From Planctomycetota bacterium (GTDB taxonomy: Bacteria; Planctomycetota; Phycisphaerae; UBA1845; JANYLN01), in contig JANYLN010000182.1 in NCBI GenBank assembly GCA_025357795.1, forward strand, positions 1 through 53,515: a stretch of 53,515 bases of DNA, given 5' to 3'. The first letter of the stretch is position 1. Each line of letters starts with the position of its first letter. The notes below the pieces were generated by a model that ran no database searches, had not been told where the DNA came from, and was given only the letters and a program-made list of their open reading frames with translations. The translations under genes were made by a program, and so were the position numbers. Shown piece after piece: positions 48,276 to 53,515 of this stretch.

Positions 48276-49622
48276 TCAGCGGGAGGCGGTTTCGGCGGGT
48301 TGGGAGGCGGCGGGCTGGGTGGCCGGTTCTGTGACCGTCACGGGGTGGTTCTCGGGCAGGCCGTAGCCGCCGCTGGTGATGACCTGATCGCCTGGGGCGA
48401 GGCCATCGACCACTTCGACCATGTCGTCCACGCGGTGGCCCAGGGTGACGGGGGCGTTGTGGGTCTTGCCATCGCGAATGGTGATGGCGATCAACTGGCC
48501 CTCGAGTTCGATGACGGCAACCTCGGGGATCACGACCTTGGCCTGGACGGGGCTGGTATGCAGCGTCACGCGGACGACCATGTCCTTGCGCAGGAACTGC
48601 TCCGGGTTGTCCATGCCGATCCAGATGGGCAGGTCGCCTGTCTCGGGGGCGGCCTGCTGGCCTATCCGCACGACCTTGCCTTCGAACGTATGGTTGGGGT
48701 AGGCCGTGCTGGTGATCTGGGCGGTTGCGCCGAGTTGGAGGTCGGCGAGGCGGGAGAGCGGGATCACCGTCTCGATCAGCACGCGGCGAAGATCGATGAC
48801 CTCGGCGATGGCAGCGCCGACGTCGAGGGCCATGCCGGGATGGACGGCGACCTTGGCGACATTGCCTTCGATCGGGGCGGTGACGCGGCAGTGTTCGAGA
48901 TGGAAACGGGCAAGGACCTCATCGGCGCTTGCGCCGCGGTACTCGGCCTCGGCCTGGGCGATCTCCTCGGGACGGGGACCTTTTTCCATCACGTTGAGTT
49001 TGGCCTGGGCGGATTTGACGGCTGCCTGGGTGGCGGCGAGTTTGCGATGGGCCTCTTCCAGTTCGGCGGTGGAGATCACGTCCTTTTGGCGGAGTTCGGC
49101 CTTACCCTTGACGACCTCCTGGGCGGACTGGGCTTCGACTTGGCGGCTTTGCAGGTCCTGGCGAGCGACCTCGATGTCCTCGGCGCGGGGGCCAGCCTTG
49201 AGCATGTCGAGGGTGGCGCGGCTTTTGGCGAGGACAGCGGCGCCCTTTTCGGCCTCGGCCTGCTCCTTGCGGGGGTCCATCTGCACGAGCAGGGCGCTGG
49301 GGGCGACGTGCTGGCCCTCCGTCACGGCGATGGATTGCACCACGCACTGCATGGGCGCAGAAAGAGTGGCGATGCTCGTCGGGTCGAGGGTGACCCGGCC
49401 CACGAGGTGCACGGCAGGTTGCAGGAGCTTGCTGGTGGCGGTGGTCGCCTGCACGGGCACGGGCGCGGCGGCCTCGTGCGCGCCGGCTTCCTCGGCGGTT
49501 TCATGGCCCGCGGATCGCGAGCAGCCGGGCTGGCAGAGGCCGGCCAGCGCTACGACCGCGAACAGGAGGACCGCGATTCCATGCCACTGTCTAAGCCACA
49601 GACTCGACTGTTTGCTCTTCAC
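48276..49622 (-). CDS. Efflux RND periplasmic adaptor (membrane fusion protein, HlyD family), lipoprotein
   Basis: The lipobox is LAGLCQPGCS. It has a coiled-coil hairpin region (AQAEAEY.., ELEEAHRKLAATQAAVKSAQAKL) and barrel-sandwich and beta-barrel motifs. The start overlaps the RND gene end by 32 nt. Confidence 0.85.
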   Translation of the reverse strand: MKSKQSSLWLRQWHGIAVLLFAVVALAGLCQPGCSRSAGHETAEEAGAHEAAAPVPVQATTATSKLLQPAVHLVGRVTLDPTSIATLSAPMQCVVQSIAVTEGQHVAPSALLVQMDPRKEQAEAEKGAAVLAKSRATLDMLKAGPRAEDIEVARQDLQSRQVEAQSAQEVVKGKAELRQKDVISTAELEEAHRKLAATQAAVKSAQAKLNVMEKGPRPEEIAQAEAEYRGASADEVLARFHLEHCRVTAPIEGNVAKVAVHPGMALDVGAAIAEVIDLRRVLIETVIPLSRLADLQLGATAQITSTAYPNHTFEGKVVRIGQQAAPETGDLPIWIGMDNPEQFLRKDMVVRVTLHTSPVQAKVVIPEVAVIELEGQLIAITIRDGKTHNAPVTLGHRVDDMVEVVDGLAPGDQVITSGGYGLPENHPVTVTEPATQPAASQPAETASR

Positions 49623-52600
49623 GTTGAAGCTCCACGCGGAAAATCCGCAGCAGGAAGTAGTATACGACCGGGGTGGCGATCAGGGACAGCAGGACGGAGA
49701 TCGCCAGGGCGCCCATCACGGCGATCGCCAGGGGCTGGAGCATCTGGGCTCCCGTGCCGATGCCGAAGGCCAGGGGGAGCATGCCGAACGCGGTAGCCAG
49801 AGAGGTCATCAGTACGGGCCGGAGCCTGCGGCGGCCCGACTGGACGAGGGCGTCGATCAGGGGCAGGCCGCGGCCCTGCAGGTGCTCGACGAAGTCGAGC
49901 ATGAGGATGCCGTTTTTGGCGACGATGCCGACGCCCATGATCGCCCCGAGGAACGAGACGATGTTCAGGGAGGTACCGGTGATCCAGAGGGAGGCCACGG
50001 TACCCACGAGGGCCAGGACGGCGCCGATCATGATCGCCAGGGGTTTGAGGACCGAACGGAACTCGACCAGCAGGACGGTGTAGACCAGCACAATTGCCAG
50101 GACCAGCACGACCGTCAGGTTGCGGAAGGATTCCTGCTGTTGCTGGTAGAGGCCGCCGAACTCCAGGGTGGTCCCGGGGGGCAGGTGGACGTGGCCTGCG
50201 AGGGATTGCTGGATCTTGCGGATGCCGGTGCCCAGGTCCATGTCGGACAGGCGGGCGGTGACGGCGACGAGTTGGCGAAGATCCTCGCGGTGCATCTCGA
50301 GTTCCCCCGGCTGGCGGCGGACGTCGGCCAGTTCCTCCAGGGGGACGGCTACGCCGTTTGGCGAGCGAATCAGCAAGTGGCGGAGCGTCTGCTCGCGGCG
50401 GATATGGCTGGCGGGCAGGCGGACGCGGATGTTCTTGATGCGGTCGCCCTCCAGAACGTACGAGGCGGTTTTGCCTTCGATGGCGGTCTGGACGGCGGAG
50501 CCGATTTCGCTGACGGTCAGGCCGGCGCGGGCGGCGTCCTCGGGTCGGATGCGGAAGTCAAGGGAGGGGCCGGCGACGATGAGGCCGTTACTGACGTCGA
50601 CGATGCCTGGGATCTTCTCGATCCGCTCGGCAAGTTCGGTAGCCGTGGTGCGCAGGACAGCCGGGTCGGTCGAGAAGACCTTGATCTGGATGGGTTCGGG
50701 GGACCAGGTCAGATCGCCTATCACGTCGCTGAGGATGCCGACGAATTCGGTGAGCATGGCCGGCTCGGCCACGTGGACCTTTTCGCGGAGGACATTTACA
50801 ACCTCTTCGGTCGTGCGGTGGCGGTCAGGGCGGAGTTTGACGGCGATGTCGCCTGTATTGGGCTCGGTCACGGCGTAGCCGAGTTCGGCGCCGGTCCGGC
50901 GGGAATAGCTTTCGATCTCGGGTGTCTGGCGGAGGATCTGCTCGACGTGGCGGAGCATGCGGTCAGTCTCGGCGAGGCTGGTGCCGGGGGGCGACCAGTA
51001 GTCCAGGACGAAGGCGCCTTCGTCCTGCTTGGGCAGGAAGTCGGTTTCGAGGTGGTAGTAGATCAGCACACCGGCGGCGAGGACGAGCGGCAGGCCGACG
51101 GCGAGGATCCAGGCGTGGCCCAAGGTACGACGGACCGCCCACTCGTAGGCCGCCGCGAGCCTGCGGAGGATGGGGCCGCCCTGATGCTGTTCATCGTGTA
51201 CCGAGCCGCGCCGGCGGATGAAGAGGGCACCGAGCGTGGGCGTGACCGTCACCGCGAGGAAGAGGCTGGTCAACAGAGCGACGACCATGGTGATCGCCAG
51301 GGAGCGGAAGAAGACGCCCGCCACGCCCTCCAGGAACGTCAGGGGCAGGAAGACGACGATGGGGGTGAGGGTGGAGCCGACGAGCGGGAGGGTGACTTCG
51401 GCGGCGGTGGCACGGACAGCCTGGGTGCCGGAGAGGCCGGCGGAGACCTTGGTGTAGATATCCTCGACGACGACGATGGCGTCATCGATCACCAGTCCGA
51501 TGGCGGCGGCGATGCCGCCGAGGGTCATCAGGTTGAAGGTCATGTGCATCACGTGCATTGCGGCGATGGTGACCAGGACGGTGATCGGGATGACCAGCGA
51601 GGCGATGGCTGTGCTGTAGACGCTGCGCAGGAAGAGGTAGAGCACGGCGATCGAGAGGACGAGGCCGAACAGGATGGATTCCCAGACACTGCCAACGGCG
51701 TCGCGGACGAAGGAGGACTGGTCGTAGTAGAAGGTCATCTGCATGTCGGGAGGGAGTTGGCGGTGGAGCAGGGCCAGTTCGGTCTGCAGGGCACTGGCGA
51801 TGCCGAGGGTGCTGCCGTCGGGGTGGCTGTAGATATTGAGCAGGACGGCGTCTTTGCCATCGGCGGTGACGATGTTGTATTGGGGGGCGCTGCCTGGCTT
51901 GACGTCGGCAACGTCAGCGATGCGGACGGGGGCACCGCCCGCCCAGCGAACGATGAGTTCGCCGATCTCCTTGGCGGTGTGGACGCGGCCGTCCACCAGG
52001 GTGAGGTAGAGCTGGTAATCCTCCTCGTGCAGGCCGGCGGGGGTGAAGAGGTTGGTCTTTTCGAGGGCCTCGGTGACCTGGTCGAGGGTGAGGCGGTAGG
52101 CCTCGAGTTTGAGCGGGTCGACGAGGACGTGGTATTCCGGTTCGCGGCCGCCGACGATATCGACGCGTGCGACGCCGGGGATGCGGAGGAAGCGCGGCTT
52201 GATGTCGTAGCGGGCGGTCTCCCAGAGGTCGGTGATGTTGCGGCTGGGGCTGGTGAGGCTGATGCCGATGATGGGGAATTCCGAGAAGGTCATGCGGTGC
52301 ACATTGGCCCGGGCGGTGGCGGGCAGGCTGCCTTTGACCTGGGAGATACGGCTGAGGACGTGCAGTTCCGCGCGGGCCATGTCGGTCTGCCAGCCGAAGA
52401 AGACGTCGACCTGGGCGGAGCCGCGACCCGTGGCGGAGCGGATGTTCACCTCACCGGGGATGTCCTTCATGGCCTCTTCGATGGGGCGGGTGACGGTGGC
52501 CATCATCTCGTCGCTGGGCATGACGCCGTTGTCCACGAGGATAGCCACTCGAGGGAAGTCGGTGGCGGGGAAGACGCTCGAGGGCATGCGGGTGACGGAG

Positions 52601-52698
52601 TAGATGCCCGCCAGGCAGAGGCTGACGGTCAGAAAGAGGATGGCCTTGCGATGGTGTACGACAAGGTCGCCGAAACCGGATACGCGGCTGCTGCTCAT
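49591..52698 (-). CDS. Efflux RND transporter permease (AcrB/CzcA/CusA superfamily)
   Basis: ~1035 aa with a 12-TM, two-large-loop architecture. Motifs are VVEDIY, LGGIAAAIGLVIDDAIVVVE and GILMLDF. I chose the ATG at 52698 (MSSSRVSGF). Confidence 0.92.
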   Translation of the reverse strand: MSSSRVSGFGDLVVHHRKAILFLTVSLCLAGIYSVTRMPSSVFPATDFPRVAILVDNGVMPSDEMMATVTRPIEEAMKDIPGEVNIRSATGRGSAQVDVFFGWQTDMARAELHVLSRISQVKGSLPATARANVHRMTFSEFPIIGISLTSPSRNITDLWETARYDIKPRFLRIPGVARVDIVGGREPEYHVLVDPLKLEAYRLTLDQVTEALEKTNLFTPAGLHEEDYQLYLTLVDGRVHTAKEIGELIVRWAGGAPVRIADVADVKPGSAPQYNIVTADGKDAVLLNIYSHPDGSTLGIASALQTELALLHRQLPPDMQMTFYYDQSSFVRDAVGSVWESILFGLVLSIAVLYLFLRSVYSTAIASLVIPITVLVTIAAMHVMHMTFNLMTLGGIAAAIGLVIDDAIVVVEDIYTKVSAGLSGTQAVRATAAEVTLPLVGSTLTPIVVFLPLTFLEGVAGVFFRSLAITMVVALLTSLFLAVTVTPTLGALFIRRRGSVHDEQHQGGPILRRLAAAYEWAVRRTLGHAWILAVGLPLVLAAGVLIYYHLETDFLPKQDEGAFVLDYWSPPGTSLAETDRMLRHVEQILRQTPEIESYSRRTGAELGYAVTEPNTGDIAVKLRPDRHRTTEEVVNVLREKVHVAEPAMLTEFVGILSDVIGDLTWSPEPIQIKVFSTDPAVLRTTATELAERIEKIPGIVDVSNGLIVAGPSLDFRIRPEDAARAGLTVSEIGSAVQTAIEGKTASYVLEGDRIKNIRVRLPASHIRREQTLRHLLIRSPNGVAVPLEELADVRRQPGELEMHREDLRQLVAVTARLSDMDLGTGIRKIQQSLAGHVHLPPGTTLEFGGLYQQQQESFRNLTVVLVLAIVLVYTVLLVEFRSVLKPLAIMIGAVLALVGTVASLWITGTSLNIVSFLGAIMGVGIVAKNGILMLDFVEHLQGRGLPLIDALVQSGRRRLRPVLMTSLATAFGMLPLAFGIGTGAQMLQPLAIAVMGALAISVLLSLIATPVVYYFLLRIFRVELQREEQTVESVA

Positions 52699-52931
52699 AC
52701 GGATGTCCCTCGCTCCTTTCCGATCTGCCGTACGTCGGGCTGGCGAGATCGCGAGCAAGAACAGATCTTATGTCGCCATAGGAGGCGGTCCACTTTCAGC
52801 GACCTGCCAACGGGTCCGCTTGTTGGCCTGGCGGCACGCGGAAGTTGACACGCGTACATTGTTCCAAGAATATGGCTGACACACAAGCAAGTCACGGGAG
52901 ACAAACTGTGCTACAGGACAGAGTTGTACAC

Positions 52932-53515
52932 ATGGTGGCGGGGTTGGCGCTGCTGGCGGCGAGCGGGTGCGGGCGGGTGAGGCCGCAGGCGGACTACACC
53001 AAGGCCGGGGACCTGATCCGGCAGCGTGTGCCTACTACGCAGGTGTACAGCCCTTCCGATGAGCCCAGTCCGTTGGTAGACATAGCGGACCGTCTAACGC
53101 TGGATCAGGCGTTGCAGAGGGCGATGCTGGCGAACCGGGAGCTGCAGGCGTCGTTCGCGGAGATCGGGGTGGCGCGGGCGGACCTGGTGCAGTCGCAATT
53201 GCTTAAGAATCCGACGCTGTCGCTGGTGGCGATGTTCCCGGAGGGCGGCGGGCGATCGAAGATCGACCTGGGCATCGGGCAGGACATTGCTGACCTCTGG
53301 CAGATCCCTGTCCGCAAGCGGATCGCGCAGGCCGAGCTGGACCAGGCGATTCTGCGGATCGTCGGGCAGGCGGTCGAGCTGGCATCGACGGTCAAGCAGG
53401 CGTATCACCGGGTGCAGTACGGCCGGGAGTCGCTGGCGATCGCGCAGGCGAACATCGAGATCGCACAACGGTCGGAGGATGCGGCGCTGGCGCGGTTCCG
53501 GGCGGGGCAGGTGGG
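52932..53515 (+). CDS. TolC/OprM-family outer membrane efflux protein, 5' part (runs off the window)
   Basis: This ORF is not in the track because it has no stop. I translated it by hand from the ATG at 52932: MVAGLALLAASGC (lipobox) ...LTLDQALQRAMLANRELQASFAEIGVARADLVQSQLLKNPTLS...LAIAQANIEIAQRSEDAALARFRAGQV, the typical OEP repeat pattern. Confidence 0.8.
   Translation, partial: MVAGLALLAASGCGRVRPQADYTKAGDLIRQRVPTTQVYSPSDEPSPLVDIADRLTLDQALQRAMLANRELQASFAEIGVARADLVQSQLLKNPTLSLVAMFPEGGGRSKIDLGIGQDIADLWQIPVRKRIAQAELDQAILRIVGQAVELASTVKQAYHRVQYGRESLAIAQANIEIAQRSEDAALARFRAGQV

Noticed and set aside
48706-52848. 1380-aa plus-strand ORF opposite the RND pump and adaptor genes (also 48150-49796)
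   Set aside because: It is an antisense artefact, a Gly/Asp/Ala/Arg-rich low-complexity sequence. The minus-strand RND and MFP proteins carry clear family signatures.

Overview
This is a 53.5-kb GC-rich bacterial chromosomal segment; most genes show strong G/C third-position bias. It carries about 37 protein-coding genes and one tRNA-Gly(CCC). I could not recognise any rRNA, CRISPR array, integrase or transposase.

Content, left to right:
1. About 690 bp of atypically low-GC DNA abutting a 5'-truncated ATP-grasp (Ddl-like) gene.
2. Pterin-4a-carbinolamine dehydratase, a DUF5107/TPR lipoprotein, and an MFS-acyltransferase fusion followed by two tiny membrane ORFs.
3. A PfkB sugar kinase.
4. 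A run of exported proteins and lipoproteins: a DUF11/PKD/InlB-B-repeat surface protein, a beta-propeller lipoprotein, a CARDB protein, a heparinase II/III-like lipoprotein and a transglutaminase-like protein.
5. A four-gene envelope-glycan cassette: flippase-like protein, GT2, STELLO/DUF288-like GT and epimerase.
6. A divergent pair of GH4 glycosidase and Gfo/Idh/MocA oxidoreductase.
7. An unexplained tandem repeat, a start-less coding-like frame, a PAC2-family protein and a SAM methyltransferase.
8. A CslA-like processive GT2.
9. Pyruvate:ferredoxin oxidoreductase with a DHOD-like partner.
10. A Phd/AbrB-Doc toxin-antitoxin pair.
11. A C25 peptidase with a dockerin tail.
12. An HMGL-family synthase, an orphan ACP, a GlmU-like protein, NagB, PdxA and riboflavin synthase.
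13. tRNA-Gly.
14. An RND efflux locus running off the right edge.

The repertoire is compatible with a Planctomycetota/PVC-like anaerobe or facultative anaerobe, but that is inference only.

I did not find a convincing novel multi-gene system such as a defence system or a CRISPR-like locus. The least explained loci are:
- the low-GC junction at 1-963;
- the 146-bp inverted-repeat-bounded unit at 20950-21095;
- the ~111-bp tandem repeat at 27850-28070;
- the adjacent start-less membrane-protein-like frame at 28149-28428;
- the Gly/Cys C-terminal sorting-like tails on two surface proteins;
- the STELLO-like glycosyltransferase cassette.

All family assignments come from motif recognition by eye. 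No searches were run.
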